Numbered from the whole stretch's first letter, positions 22,611 through 33,607 are shown. The stretch: 61,610 bases of DNA, filler included, from 7 parts of 7 records of this genome joined end to end with filler, not necessarily neighbours in it, one strand, 5' to 3'. Numbers and translations are program-made. The notes: generated by a model from the sequence alone, not told the origin.

Positions 22611-22664
22611 TGTCAATTAAAATGTGAATTTCCCCCTAAAAGGGAATTCAAATTGCACTTGACA
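22611..22664. mobile_element. 54-bp palindromic mini-element resembling abutted IS21-family ends
   Basis: TGTCAATTAAAATGTGAATTTCCC ... GGGAATTCAAATTGCACTTGACA; TG...CA termini; no target-site duplication seen. Confidence 0.45.
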
Positions 22665-22714
22665 ATTCATGACGGCCGGAAGCGTGTAATATTTGCTGGT
22701 TCTGTGAGATCAGG

Positions 22715-22814
22715 NNNNNNNNNNNNNNNNNNNNNNNNNNNNNNNNNNNNNNNNNNNNTTAATTAATTAANNNNNNNNNNNNNNNNNNNNNNNNNNNNNN
22801 NNNNNNNNNNNNNN
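22715..22814. other. Artificial contig spacer
   Basis: N44-TTAATTAATTAA-N44. Confidence 0.99.
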
Positions 22815-23228
22815 AATTTCCATTTCCACCATAAACTGTTTTCTTAAAGTTGATGTTGCAACTTTTTCAAATAACAGGGGAGTAGTTTTTATTCCATCAA
22901 CAAGTAGCTTGGTTTTTATTTCATCTTTGATGCACCAAAAATCCTGAATTTTTCTCGCTTTTGGCTGATAGCTGTAAACCTCCCTTCGCAGAATGATTAA
23001 ATAGTCAAATGGGAGACTCGTGTTTTTTGCAAATCGCTCAACCATGGGTTTTGTTTTTAATGATTGATGTAGATCGTACATGGTTTTCATGCCCAGCTCT
23101 TTTAAAAAATCAAATCTTCCATCAATATCGTCAAGCAATAATTTCTGGCTAGGAATTAATTGTTGCGTGGTTAGTTTTAGCTTGTAGTCATCAAGGGTTT
23201 TTGTTTTGAGATCAAGGTAATACTGCAT
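22815..23228 (-). CDS. DUF4332-like helix-hairpin-helix protein (3'-truncated)
   Basis: MQYYLDL...LIPSQ..L...YLIILRREV.SY.PK...GIKT; probable start at 23228 overlaps the radical SAM stop. Confidence 0.6.
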
Positions 23229-24309
23229 TTTGTGGTTTTTTATGTATGGGTTCAATATCCAGAAAGTTGCATTTATCGCAGAATTGAGGGGGCTCATTGT
23301 TATACCATCGTTGTCTAAAATTTTGGTATTCATCACTGTTTAATACATCCATTACTTTGTAATCAAACACATTACCAAAATTCAATTCTTTTGGGAAGGG
23401 CTTAGCGCAGCATGGTGTTACAAAACCATCCCAGCAGATATAAAAATGAGTCCATGGGAATGGGCATTTTTGAAAGCTGTTATCTGTTTTAAAGTTGCGG
23501 TTGGTTACAATTACATTCGGTGTCTCCTTAATTGTTTTTTCTAATTCATCAATAACATTTAAAAACTCTCTGGAATTATAGAATTCATAATAAGAGCGGT
23601 CAATATCAGTTACTGAAGCAAGGTTAAATAACGTGAAATCCATGTATTGAATACCAACATTGCCGGCATATTTAACCAGGTATGGCATTTGGAAATAATT
23701 CTCTTTAGTAACCACCATATTCAGCATTAAGTCTGTATTGGTGTTTTTACATTTTTCCGATAGGATTTTTAGGTTCTCATCAAGTTTTTTGAAATCTGAT
23801 TTTAAACGTATGGAATTATAAACACTGTCTAAACCATCAATTGAAATCTGGATGGTATCTATTTTATTAATTACTCTTGAGGCAGTCTCAATAAAATTCG
23901 GTAATACAGCATTGGTCGATACGGAAATTATTATCCCTTTATTTTTTGATTTAATATAATCCGTAATCTCTTCAATCTCTTTGTACATAAAAGTTTAACC
24001 CATGCCTGTTAAGCCAATTGAATCCAGGTAAGGCCAAAGCTCGTCGATTATGTTTTTTGCCTGGGCAACATTCATCGAACCTTTGTCCATTTCTTTTCCA
24101 TAGGCATATTCTCTCGGACAAGTGGTACATGCCAAATTGCAATGATTTGTAAGCTCAAGCATAATGGTTGATGGGTATGCAACCTGGGTTGATTTTGAAA
24201 ATTTTAAGTAGAAATGCTTTACCTTATTGGCCAGATATAAAAACAAGTACTTGTTTTTTTGCAGTTTAGCTATCCTTTTAAAAGCTTTTCTTAGTTTGCG
24301 TTTGTTCAT
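23212..24309 (-). pseudogene. Radical SAM/SPASM-domain protein interrupted by an in-frame TAA
   Basis: CNLACTTC motif, ISIDG, SPASM CPFPW...DG.V.PCC...GN...CDKC; GLTGMG*TFMY (TAA 23995-23997) where GLTGMGE is expected. Confidence 0.8.
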
Positions 24310-24311
24310 TC

Positions 24312-24366
24312 TTTACTTGCCTGTTTTTTCTATTTGTACGAATCTAGAAAAAAACAGGTAAGTAAA
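24312..24366. other. Long inverted repeat between nirD and the radical SAM start codon
   Basis: TTTACTTGCCTGTTTTTTCTA (24312-24332) / TAGAAAAAAACAGGTAAGTAAA (24345-24366). Confidence 0.75.
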
Positions 24367-24399
24367 AATCGAAAACAAATAGGATTCTAAATAATAATT

Positions 24400-24774
24400 T
24401 TAGATAGAGTCAGGTATACCAATATATACCCTGTCGTTTTCTAATTTAACAGGGAATGTATCAATTTTATAGTCATCGCCAGTTAAGCAATTCCCAGTTT
24501 TAAGCGAAAACGATTTTTTGTGAAAGGGGCAAGATACTTTTGGCTCCCCTTTATAATCGCCAATTAACCCTCTTGATAGTGCCATCTCGAATTTGTGTGG
24601 ACACATGTTCTGTGTGGCATACCATTCGTTTTTATCAGCCAGGTAAAAAATTGCAATTTGAATATTTTGATATTTAATAGCTACTCCTTCGTTCTCATAA
24701 AAATCTGAAATGCTACCTGCTTGAAACCATTCTTTAATTGAATGTTCTGTATCGTTAAATATTTGACTTTCCAT
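24400..24774 (-). CDS. nirD: NADH nitrite reductase small (Rieske-type) subunit
   Basis: QNMCPHK...LSRGLIGD...VSCPFHK; follows nirB. Confidence 0.93.
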   Translation of the reverse strand: MESQIFNDTEHSIKEWFQAGSISDFYENEGVAIKYQNIQIAIFYLADKNEWYATQNMCPHKFEMALSRGLIGDYKGEPKVSCPFHKKSFSLKTGNCLTGDDYKIDTFPVKLENDRVYIGIPDSI

Positions 24775-24805
24775 TTTTAGTTCTTTTGCTTGTTCTACGC
24801 TTGTA

Positions 24806-27319
24806 TTACTTCGTCCATTCAACTGGGTTTTTCTGGCCACGAACTTCTTTAAATTTAATGTTATCATCACTATCTGATGAGTTTATGAAATGCTTAAACC
24901 GATTTCTGAGTTTCGGATTATTTACGACTTCGTTCCATTCACATTTGTAAGTTTCAACCATAAATTCCATTTCATTTTCGAGTTGTTCGCATATTCCCAG
25001 TGAATTATCAATAATAACTTCTTTTAGATATTCTATTCCCCCGTCCAACGAATCGAGCCATTTCGCTGTTCGTGTTAATGGTGCCGCTGTTTTTATGTAG
25101 TACATGAGAAACCTGTCAAGATATTTGATACAAGTTTCTTTATCAACATCAGAGGCTAGTAATATGGCATGTTTCGGGTTTGCACCGCCGTTGCCACATA
25201 CATATAAATTCCATCCTTTTTCAGTGGCAATGATACCAAAGTCTTTTGACCGTGCTTCAGCGCATTCACGAATACAGCCAGACACGCCACCTTTAAGTTT
25301 GTGTGGTGCACGAATGCCTCTATACCTTTCTTCGGCTTCAATGGCAAATGTTACAGAGTCTTGCTGTCCGTACCTGCACCAGGAAGATCCAACACAACTT
25401 TTTACTGTTCGCAGTGCTTTCCCGTAGGCATGCCCACTTTCAAATCCTGCATTTATCAGTTCTTCCCAAATGTCAGGTAACTGATCGACACGGGCGCCAA
25501 ACATGTCTATTCGCTGTCCGCCGGTAATTTTTACGTATAGATTATACTTTTTAGCAACTTCGCCAATAACTATTAATTTATCAGGAGTAATTTCACCTCC
25601 GGGAATTCGAGGCACAACAGAATATGTTCCGCCACGTTGGATATTGGCTAAATACTTGTCGTTTGTATCTTGTATATTCGCTTGTTTGGTAATTAAATCA
25701 TTCCATATACTTGCAAGTAACGAAGCAACTGCCGGTTTACATATTTCACAGCCAATCCCTTGGCCGTGTTTTGTAATTAGCTCTTTGTACGATTTTATTT
25801 CTTCAACTTTAATAATATCATATAATTCCTGGCGGGTATAATCAAAATGTTCGCAGATTGTCTTTTTAACAATTTTACCTTGAGATTTTAATGTCTCTGT
25901 GAGTATGTCATCTAGCATGGGTACACAACCACCACAGCCAGTTCCGGCTTTTGTGTTTATTTTAAGTTCGCCAATTTGTGTTATATCCAATTCATTAATT
26001 GTATTGCAGATTAAACCTTTTGAGACATTCTCACAGGAGCAAATAGTGGCATTGTCTGGCAGATCTAGAACGTTTAATTTTAAACCACCTCCGCCATTTC
26101 TATTTCCAAGGATGATATCTTCAGGAGAAGGAGGCAATTTAATTTTGCTGTTCGTTACTTGTAACAACATATTATAGTCCTCTGCATCTCCAACTAAAAT
26201 TCCGCCTAACAGATACTTTCCATCCTTAGTTACATTTATTCTTTTGTAGATACCAGTAGATTTATTGTCATATGTTATTTGACGGCATTCTGGGGTCTCG
26301 CCCATGGCATCTCCAAAGCTTGCTACGTCGGTTCCAATGAGCTTAAGTTTGGTAGACATATCTGCGCCTTTGAAGCTGCTCTCTTCGCCCATAAGTTGTT
26401 TTATTGCCACATCGGCCATGTCGTAGCAAGGGGCAACAAGCCCCCAAATTGTGTTTTGAGCAAGTGCGCATTCGCCAATTGCATATATGTTAGAAATGTT
26501 GGTTTCCATTTTTTCGTTTACAACAATACCACCACGAGGCCCAACATCAATACCCGATTTTCTGGCTAGTTCATCGCGGGGTTTTATTCCTGCTGAAATT
26601 ACAACCATATCAACGGATAGGTTTGTAGAATCAACAAATTCAAGTCCCGTAACTGTTCCGTTGCCTGTAAAACACTTGGTGTTTTTACTTAGCAGAATAT
26701 TAAGGTTTAAGCTCTCCAGCTTTGCTTTTAGAACATTGGAACCGCTTTCATCGAGTTGGCGGGGCATGAGTCTTGGTGCAAACTCAACAACCGAAGTGTC
26801 AAGGCCTTCGTCATGAACAGCTTTGGCAGCTTCAAGTCCTAATAAACCACCCCCAATTACTGCGGCAGATTTCGAGTTTTTTGCATATTTTTTAATTAAA
26901 TCAAGATCTTCAATTGTCCTGTACACAAAAATTCCGTTTTTATCAACGCCTTCAATAGGTGGTACAAAAGCTGATGAACCTGTTGCAAGAACTAAATAAT
27001 CATATTTTTCAACCCTGCCTTTGTTCGATTCAATAGATTGATTTGCAGAATCTATATTAATAATCAGTTCTCCGGTTATTAACTCAATATTGTTGTCGCT
27101 ATACCAGTTTTTTGGAGCAAGCAGAAGCTCGTCTATTGTTGAACCTGTATAATAGTCTGTTAAATGCACTCTATCATATGCAGCCCATGGTTCTTCTCCA
27201 AAAACGATTAACTCAAATGAATCTTGTAAATTATTTTCTACAAATTTTTCGCAGAATTTGTATCCAGTCATCCCATTACCGATGAGGGCAACCTTCTTTT
27301 TTGATGTGCTCTTTCCCAT
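24806..27319 (-). CDS. nirB: NADH nitrite reductase large subunit
   Basis: IGNGM, YDRVHL, GGGLLGLEAA, BFD-like CSC and GTGCGGC, VKSCVGSSWCRYG, GVSGCIRECAE siroheme/4Fe-4S motifs. Confidence 0.97.
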   Translation of the reverse strand: MGKSTSKKKVALIGNGMTGYKFCEKFVENNLQDSFELIVFGEEPWAAYDRVHLTDYYTGSTIDELLLAPKNWYSDNNIELITGELIINIDSANQSIESNKGRVEKYDYLVLATGSSAFVPPIEGVDKNGIFVYRTIEDLDLIKKYAKNSKSAAVIGGGLLGLEAAKAVHDEGLDTSVVEFAPRLMPRQLDESGSNVLKAKLESLNLNILLSKNTKCFTGNGTVTGLEFVDSTNLSVDMVVISAGIKPRDELARKSGIDVGPRGGIVVNEKMETNISNIYAIGECALAQNTIWGLVAPCYDMADVAIKQLMGEESSFKGADMSTKLKLIGTDVASFGDAMGETPECRQITYDNKSTGIYKRINVTKDGKYLLGGILVGDAEDYNMLLQVTNSKIKLPPSPEDIILGNRNGGGGLKLNVLDLPDNATICSCENVSKGLICNTINELDITQIGELKINTKAGTGCGGCVPMLDDILTETLKSQGKIVKKTICEHFDYTRQELYDIIKVEEIKSYKELITKHGQGIGCEICKPAVASLLASIWNDLITKQANIQDTNDKYLANIQRGGTYSVVPRIPGGEITPDKLIVIGEVAKKYNLYVKITGGQRIDMFGARVDQLPDIWEELINAGFESGHAYGKALRTVKSCVGSSWCRYGQQDSVTFAIEAEERYRGIRAPHKLKGGVSGCIRECAEARSKDFGIIATEKGWNLYVCGNGGANPKHAILLASDVDKETCIKYLDRFLMYYIKTAAPLTRTAKWLDSLDGGIEYLKEVIIDNSLGICEQLENEMEFMVETYKCEWNEVVNNPKLRNRFKHFINSSDSDDNIKFKEVRGQKNPVEWTK

Positions 27320-27693
27320 AAGATTTAAGAATAAAAGAGATTAAACTATTTTAATACAAAAATAGAAATTTTTTAATACACACTTATCAATTTTAAGTTA
27401 AATGCTAAAAAAAGTAATAATTTTTAATTTAACCCCTATAAAAACAAGGGGCGTTGTTATATAAATGTTATTTTTAATAATAGTTCGAAAATCGATGCTT
27501 CTGATTAATGAAATTCCAGAATAATGGGTGTTTAAAGGATGTTATTGCGGGAATTGGAAACGAAAAATCATTTAGAATAATTAGAAAATTATTGTGCAAT
27601 AAGGGATTTGCTAAGAATGGTTAGAACTTATTTCAAATAAATTTGTCATTTTATAATCTTCTAAATAATACGATTTAGTACTAATATATTTTA

Positions 27694-28407
27694 ATGACTG
27701 TTTTACAGACTGATTGCAATAAATGTCCGAACAATGATTGTTTAATTAAGAAACATTGCTCAGAAGCAAGCCTTGATTGTTTCTTGGTTAAGAAGAATAC
27801 ACATATGTGCAAAAAGGGACAAAATATTTTTATTGAAGGTTCTCCGGTTCATGGATTATACTTTGTATACAAGGGTAAAGTTAAGGTGTATAATACAGGT
27901 ATATACGGTAGAGAACAGATCTTGCGTTTTGCCAAAGACGGGGAAATGATTGGGCAAAGAGGGTTTAGCAGTCAACAACACTATCCAATTGGTTCTATCG
28001 CGATTGAAGATACTATCATGTGTCATTTTCCTTTAGAAATAATGCAGAAAATGCTAAAAGCAGAGCATTTACTCACATATGATTTTATGCTATTTTATGC
28101 TGAAGAATTGCATAGAAGTGAGACCAAGGTTAGAATGTTTGCCCAAATGACAGTTCGCGAAAAAGTTATTGATGCACTTTTATATATTAATAGAAAATTC
28201 GGGCAAACCAATGGTTATCTTAATATTGGTTTGAGTCGAAGAGAAATTGCTGATTTTGCAGGCACAACAGAAGAACAGGTAATTCGAATTATTTCAGCCT
28301 TGAAAAAAGAAGATTTTATAACCAGTAGGGGAAAGTTGCTGGGCATTAAAAATGTTGAAAGGTTGAAGCTAGAAATAGATGACCACCACTACTTTATTCA
28401 GAGTTAG
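27694..28407 (+). CDS. Crp/Fnr-family regulator with N-terminal Cys cluster
   Basis: CNKCPNNDC...C, cNMP-type barrel, HTH LSRREIADFAGTTEEQVIR; divergent from nirB. Confidence 0.9.
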   Translation: MTVLQTDCNKCPNNDCLIKKHCSEASLDCFLVKKNTHMCKKGQNIFIEGSPVHGLYFVYKGKVKVYNTGIYGREQILRFAKDGEMIGQRGFSSQQHYPIGSIAIEDTIMCHFPLEIMQKMLKAEHLLTYDFMLFYAEELHRSETKVRMFAQMTVREKVIDALLYINRKFGQTNGYLNIGLSRREIADFAGTTEEQVIRIISALKKEDFITSRGKLLGIKNVERLKLEIDDHHYFIQS

Positions 28408-28464
28408 AATCCAATAGACTATCACCACATAGGGTGTAACATTCTGTAAGTTAAAATATTATTT

Positions 28465-28493
28465 AAAAAAGCTGCGTTTTCGCAGCTTTTTTT
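28465..28493 (+). terminator. Intrinsic terminator
   Basis: AAAAAAGCTGCG-TTTT-CGCAGCTTTTTTT. Confidence 0.85.
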
Positions 28494-28581
28494 ATGATTA
28501 AAAGATTGTTTTAACCTTCCATATTACATAAAATAAGAAGTTGCCTGACCTTAATTTTACATCCGAATAAAACTTATAAAT

Positions 28582-29928
28582 ATGAGAAAAATAGCCTTAT
28601 CATTCGTGTTAGGATTAATTGTACTTGGGGCTAAGGCCCAATTTACAATGGATGGCCAATACAGGGCCAGGGTTGAAGTAAGAAACGGGTTTAAGAGACC
28701 TATATTGGAAGGACAAAGTCCTGCTGCATTCATTGAGCATAGGGCAAGGTTAATTGCCGGCTATAAAAAAGAAAAACTTGGATTTAAGTTATCTGTGCAG
28801 GATGTACGGATTTGGGGTGAAACAGGGCAGATTAATAAATCTGATTATCTTTTTAGCGTGCATGAAGCATATGGAGAATATTTACCCAATGAATTTTCAA
28901 CATTTAGGATAGGTAGGCAGGCTATTGTTTATGATGGTCAACGTTTTTTTGGCGGTCTGGATTGGGCTATGCAAGGCAGGGCACTTGATGCTGCCCGTTA
29001 CATATATAAGAAAGAAGCACATCAATTAGAGTTGTTTGTTGCCTGGAATCAAGCAGGATTCGGTGATGGAGTTCCTGAACCGGCAAAACTAACAGGCCAT
29101 AATTATTCTATTGCAGCAGGTGGTGGAACAACCCGTATTTTTAATCTTCCATTGCCCAAAAACCAACTCGGAGGATATTATAAAAATAAATTTGGAAAAG
29201 GTAGCATAAGCTTTCTGGTATTGAATGATTTATACAATTCAAATGATTCCTCGAATTTAACGCATAGCAATTTTACGTTTGGAGTTACCCCCAATTTTGT
29301 ATTTGGCAAAGTTAAAGTGGGTGGTGAATTTTATTTCACCGGAGGAGCCGCAGGAAATACACATAACGGAAGTGAGTATGTTCAAAAAGATCTGTCAGGA
29401 TATATGTTTGGGGTGTCTGTTCAGCATACCGGAATCTTTTCTTCTCCAATGATTGGAATCGATTATATATCAGGTGATGATGAATCAACTTCTGATAAGG
29501 TTGAAGGGTGGGCACCAAAGTATGGGACAAACCATAAATTTTATGGATTTATGGATTATTTCTACGTTGGAAATGGCCATGGAGGCGGCAATGCTGCAAG
29601 TGCAGGTTTGCTCAATGCGTATTTGAAAACAACATTTAAGTTTAATGATAAAACAAGTTTATTGGGACATTTACATTATTTTGCTTCAACTGCCGAAAGA
29701 ACTAATGCCGGAAATGGTGAAAAATACGATGGAGCTTTAGGTACTGAATTAGATTTGGTTTTTGTTCGGGTACTTGCACCTGGAGTTGCGCTCAGAGTTG
29801 GCTATTCACAGATGTTTGGAATTACAGAGACAATGAAACAATTGAAATTTGGTAATCCTGATCAAGAAATTAAAGGTGCGCAAAACTGGACATGGGTTAT
29901 GATTGCTTTCAGTCCTAAATTTTTATAA
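28582..29928 (+). CDS. Alginate-export-family outer-membrane beta-barrel (putative nitrate/nitrite porin)
   Basis: Signal peptide, QDVRIWG, RIGRQ..YD..RFFG.LDW, YGTNHKFYGFMDYFY; first gene of the nrt operon. Confidence 0.85.
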   Translation: MRKIALSFVLGLIVLGAKAQFTMDGQYRARVEVRNGFKRPILEGQSPAAFIEHRARLIAGYKKEKLGFKLSVQDVRIWGETGQINKSDYLFSVHEAYGEYLPNEFSTFRIGRQAIVYDGQRFFGGLDWAMQGRALDAARYIYKKEAHQLELFVAWNQAGFGDGVPEPAKLTGHNYSIAAGGGTTRIFNLPLPKNQLGGYYKNKFGKGSISFLVLNDLYNSNDSSNLTHSNFTFGVTPNFVFGKVKVGGEFYFTGGAAGNTHNGSEYVQKDLSGYMFGVSVQHTGIFSSPMIGIDYISGDDESTSDKVEGWAPKYGTNHKFYGFMDYFYVGNGHGGGNAASAGLLNAYLKTTFKFNDKTSLLGHLHYFASTAERTNAGNGEKYDGALGTELDLVFVRVLAPGVALRVGYSQMFGITETMKQLKFGNPDQEIKGAQNWTWVMIAFSPKFL

Positions 29929-29964
29929 TCAAATAAAAGATAAAAACATATTAAAATCTATTTT

Positions 29965-31344
29965 ATGAAAAGAATTGAATTTTTGAAAAGTACAATTGCC
30001 ATCATTGTTTTGGCAATATTGGCAGCTTGTTCAGGAGGTTCTTCAAAAACAGACTCTTCTACTTCAACAGAGTCCGCAACAGCGAGTGTTATGATTGAAA
30101 AGCCACAGCTAACGTTCGGGTTTATTAAACTTACCGATATGGCTCCTCTGGCAATTGCCAAAGAACTGGGTTATTTCGAAGAAGAGGGATTGTTTGTAAC
30201 AATCGAAGCACAATCGAATTGGAAAAACGTTCTGGATAGAGTTATTGATGGTGAACTCGATGGATCGCACATGTTGGCAGGTCAACCTATTGCTGCATCG
30301 GCCGGATTTGGACGCCAGGCAAATCTTGTAACGCCATTCTCTATGGATCTAAATGGAAACGGGATTACTGTTTCTAATGCAATATGGTCTAAAATGAAAG
30401 ATTATATACCTAAAGATGGTGAAGGCAAACCCATTCACCCAATTTCAGCTGATGCTATAAAACCGGTAATTGATGAGTATAAACAAAATGGTAACCCGTT
30501 TAAAATGGGTATGGTATTTCCGGTTTCAACTCATAATTATGAGATTCGCTATTGGTTGGCTGCTGCAGGTATACATCCCGGAATGTATACTGCAGATAAT
30601 ATTCAAGGACAGGTTGGAGCAGATGTATTGTTGTCGGTTACACCACCTCCACAAATGCCTGCAACACTCGAAGCGGGTACTATTTATGGGTACTGTGTTG
30701 GAGAACCCTGGAATCAACAGGCAGTGTTTAAGCAGATTGGGGTTCCGGTAGTTACCAACTATGAGATTTGGAAAAATAATCCGGAAAAAGTTTTTGTTAT
30801 GACTCAGAAATTTATTGATGAGAATCCCAATACAGCCATAGCTGTTACGAAGGCTTTAATACGTGCCGGAAAATGGCTCGATGATCCGGCAAACAGACCA
30901 ACTGCGGTAGGTATTTTATCTAAACCAGATTATGTAGGTGCAGATTCTGTTGTTATTGCAAACTCAATGACAGGTACTTTCGAGTTCGAAAAAGGAGACA
31001 AGCGCTCATTACCAGATTTCAATGTTTTTTATAAGTACCATGCAACTTATCCGTTTTACTCTGATGCTATTTGGTTTTTAACACAAATGCGTCGTTGGGG
31101 ACAAATCTCAGAACCTAAAGAAGATGATTGGTATTTCGAAACAGCAAAAAAAGTATACAAGCCGGAAATCTGGTTAAAGGCTGCGAATATGCTTGTGGAA
31201 GAAGGTAAGATCCCGGCAACCGATATTCCATCTACAGATGGATTTAAGCCTGCTACAAGCGATTTTATTGATAAAACAGAATCTGATGCCAAGAAACCAA
31301 ACGATTACCTCACCAAATTCGAAATAGGAAATAAAGATATTTAA
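29965..31344 (+). CDS. NrtA/CmpA-family ABC substrate-binding lipoprotein (nitrate/nitrite)
   Basis: LAAC lipobox, [40 protein letters not shown]. Confidence 0.93.
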   Translation: MKRIEFLKSTIAIIVLAILAACSGGSSKTDSSTSTESATASVMIEKPQLTFGFIKLTDMAPLAIAKELGYFEEEGLFVTIEAQSNWKNVLDRVIDGELDGSHMLAGQPIAASAGFGRQANLVTPFSMDLNGNGITVSNAIWSKMKDYIPKDGEGKPIHPISADAIKPVIDEYKQNGNPFKMGMVFPVSTHNYEIRYWLAAAGIHPGMYTADNIQGQVGADVLLSVTPPPQMPATLEAGTIYGYCVGEPWNQQAVFKQIGVPVVTNYEIWKNNPEKVFVMTQKFIDENPNTAIAVTKALIRAGKWLDDPANRPTAVGILSKPDYVGADSVVIANSMTGTFEFEKGDKRSLPDFNVFYKYHATYPFYSDAIWFLTQMRRWGQISEPKEDDWYFETAKKVYKPEIWLKAANMLVEEGKIPATDIPSTDGFKPATSDFIDKTESDAKKPNDYLTKFEIGNKDI

Positions 31345-31360
31345 TTGGCCATTTTTAGAT

Positions 31361-31394
31361 AATCGGTAGCTATAAAGGTATAGCTATCGATTTT
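31361..31394 (+). other. Intercistronic stem-loop after the binding-protein gene
   Basis: AATCGGTAGCTATA/TATAGCTATCGATT followed by TT. Confidence 0.6.
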
Positions 31395-31420
31395 ATGGTA
31401 TTAAAATAGGAGCAATAAGT

Positions 31421-32512
31421 ATGGAAACAAAATTTATAAAATCTTTAAAATGGATGGGACTGGGTTTTCTAGAACCTTTAGTAAATCTTTTAAAAGGCAA
31501 GGAACCTAAAAAGAATGGAAAATTAGTGTTCAGCAAAATTTTGGTTCCAATTATTTCTGTATTTCTCTTTTTAGGCGTTTGTAATTTTGTTGCAGGTTAT
31601 TTATTCCGAATGGAAAAAAACCGAAAAATAGAGAAAGCATTGGAAGATCAGGGAGAAGCAGCAGCTAAGGCTATGGAAGAATGTATTGATTCCGGTGATG
31701 TGAGCTGCAAACCAAACTCTCTGCCTTCTCCGGCAGATGTAAAAGATGGAGCCATTGCACTATGGGAAGATCATAAGATGATTGCTGACGAAAAGAAAAA
31801 GTTTAAAGAAAAAACGGCAAGTATCAATGCTCAGAGAAAGCAGGCTGGAGAAAAACCAATAAAATATACGGGTAGGCCTTCTTTTGTCGATCAAATTGGG
31901 ACGAGTTTAAAAACAGTATTTGCCGGATTTTTACTTGCAGCATTATTGGCAATTCCATTTGGTATTTTGCTTGGTTTAAGTGAAACACTACGTACTGCCC
32001 TAAACTGGATTATACAGATATTTAAACCGGTATCGCCTGTTGTGTGGTTATTATTGGTGTCGATGGTTATTAAGACAGTACTGGCTTCTTCCGATGCTGA
32101 TAAATCTTTTATTATCTCTTTTATAAGTGTTGGTTTTTGTAGTATGTGGGCAACATTGGTAAATACGGCTGTTGGTGTTTCATCTGTCGACAAAGATTAT
32201 TTAAATGTCTCCAAGGTGTTAAAGTTGGGCGTGTTTAGCAATATCTTTAAGGTAATACTTCCGGCATCGGTACCCATGATTTTTACGGGATTAAGAATTA
32301 CGTTGTCTGTAGCATGGATGGTGCTAATTGCCATCGAACTACTGGCTCAAAGTCCGGGTTTAGGTTCATTTGTTTGGGAAGAATTCCAAAATGGGGCCAA
32401 CGACTCAAATGCCAAAATTATAGTAGCCATGTTTGTTATTGGAATTATTGGATTCCTTCTTGACAGGTTCATGGCAACGATACAAAAGCTAGTAAGTTTT
32501 GAAACCAGATAA
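31421..32512 (+). CDS. Nitrate ABC transporter permease (NrtB type)
   Basis: KPVSPVVW, NTAVGV, IFTGLRI, AWMVLIAIE, GLGSFVW. Confidence 0.92.
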   Translation: METKFIKSLKWMGLGFLEPLVNLLKGKEPKKNGKLVFSKILVPIISVFLFLGVCNFVAGYLFRMEKNRKIEKALEDQGEAAAKAMEECIDSGDVSCKPNSLPSPADVKDGAIALWEDHKMIADEKKKFKEKTASINAQRKQAGEKPIKYTGRPSFVDQIGTSLKTVFAGFLLAALLAIPFGILLGLSETLRTALNWIIQIFKPVSPVVWLLLVSMVIKTVLASSDADKSFIISFISVGFCSMWATLVNTAVGVSSVDKDYLNVSKVLKLGVFSNIFKVILPASVPMIFTGLRITLSVAWMVLIAIELLAQSPGLGSFVWEEFQNGANDSNAKIIVAMFVIGIIGFLLDRFMATIQKLVSFETR

Positions 32513-32522
32513 GTAAATAGTG

Positions 32523-33383
32523 ATGGCTGCATTTTTAGAATTAAGAAATGTTTCAAAAACATATATCAACGGTTCTGATAGAGTTGAAGTATTGAAAAAC
32601 ATCAACTTAACAATCGAAGAAGGTGAATTTATTGCAATTGTTGGTTTTACCGGTTCAGGAAAAACCACATTAATAAATTTAATTGCAGGGTTGTTAGAAC
32701 CAGATGAAGGTGAGATTTTATTGAAAGGAAAGAGGGTAGAAGGTCCCGGGCCGGAACGAGGTGTAATATTCCAAAATTATTCATTACTACCCTGGTTATC
32801 TGTTTATGGGAATGTTGAACTCGCAGTAAAACAGGTGTTCCCAAATATGAATAGCAACGATCGGGATAAACATGTCAGGAAATTTATCAACATGGTAAAT
32901 CTTACACCTGCAATAAAGAAAAAACCATTGGAATTATCGGGTGGAATGCGGCAAAGGGTTTCTGTAGCCAGGGCATTGGCCATGGATCCGGAAATATTAT
33001 TAATGGATGAACCCCTCAGTGCGCTCGATGCACTAACACGCGGGAGCCTTCAAATTGAAATTGAGAAAATCTGGCGAGAATCAAAGAAAACAGTCATGTT
33101 GATTACGAATGATGTGGACGAAGGGATTTTGCTTGCTGATAGGGTTATACCATTAACGCCCGGGCCGAATGCAACTTTGGGGACTGAGTTTAAAATCAAT
33201 TTTTTAAGGCCAAGAGATAAAGTTGAATTGAGTTCCAATACTGATTTTAAAAAGGAAAGAAATAATATTATAAATTATCTCGATAAAGTAGGAAAACACC
33301 GATCGTCTCATGATTCTGAAGAGTTTATTCTCCCAGATTTAAAACCCATGTTGTTAGGTAAAAAGAACCTTGCACATGCGTAA
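32523..33383 (+). CDS. Nitrate ABC transporter ATP-binding protein (NrtC/D type)
   Basis: [33 protein letters not shown]. Confidence 0.93.
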   Translation: MAAFLELRNVSKTYINGSDRVEVLKNINLTIEEGEFIAIVGFTGSGKTTLINLIAGLLEPDEGEILLKGKRVEGPGPERGVIFQNYSLLPWLSVYGNVELAVKQVFPNMNSNDRDKHVRKFINMVNLTPAIKKKPLELSGGMRQRVSVARALAMDPEILLMDEPLSALDALTRGSLQIEIEKIWRESKKTVMLITNDVDEGILLADRVIPLTPGPNATLGTEFKINFLRPRDKVELSSNTDFKKERNNIINYLDKVGKHRSSHDSEEFILPDLKPMLLGKKNLAHA

Positions 33384-33395
33384 TAACCTAAAATT

Positions 33396-33495
33396 NNNNN
33401 NNNNNNNNNNNNNNNNNNNNNNNNNNNNNNNNNNNNNNNTTAATTAATTAANNNNNNNNNNNNNNNNNNNNNNNNNNNNNNNNNNNNNNNNNNNN
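33396..33495. other. Artificial contig spacer
   Basis: N44-TTAATTAATTAA-N44. Confidence 0.99.
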
Positions 33496-33496
33496 T

Positions 33497-33541
33497 TGGT
33501 CGGAGCGGCTGGATTTGAACCAGCGGCCACTTGTCCCCCAG
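33497..33541 (-). tRNA. 3' half of tRNA-Pro(GGG), att core (not an intact tRNA)
   Basis: Minus strand CTGGGGG ACAAG TGGCC GCTGG TTCAAAT CCAGC CGCTCCG ACCA; no 5' anticodon-stem strand, D arm or 5' acceptor strand upstream. Confidence 0.88.
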
Positions 33542-33607
33542 GCCAGACATATACATGTGAAAGCCTTGAAATACCGTCTTCTCCAGTTTTTCTATTGCAT
33601 GTAAATA

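Noticed and set aside
27320-27693. FNR box between nirB and the Crp/Fnr gene
   Set aside because: No TTGAT-N4-ATCAA match found.
33497-33541. Functional tRNA-Pro gene
   Set aside because: The 5' half is absent; it is an att duplication.
22357-33541. Link between tRNA-Pro scars in contig 3 and the att in contig 5
   Set aside because: Different contigs and different acceptor and anticodon stem sequences (CGCCCCG/GCAAG versus CGCTCCG/ACAAG).
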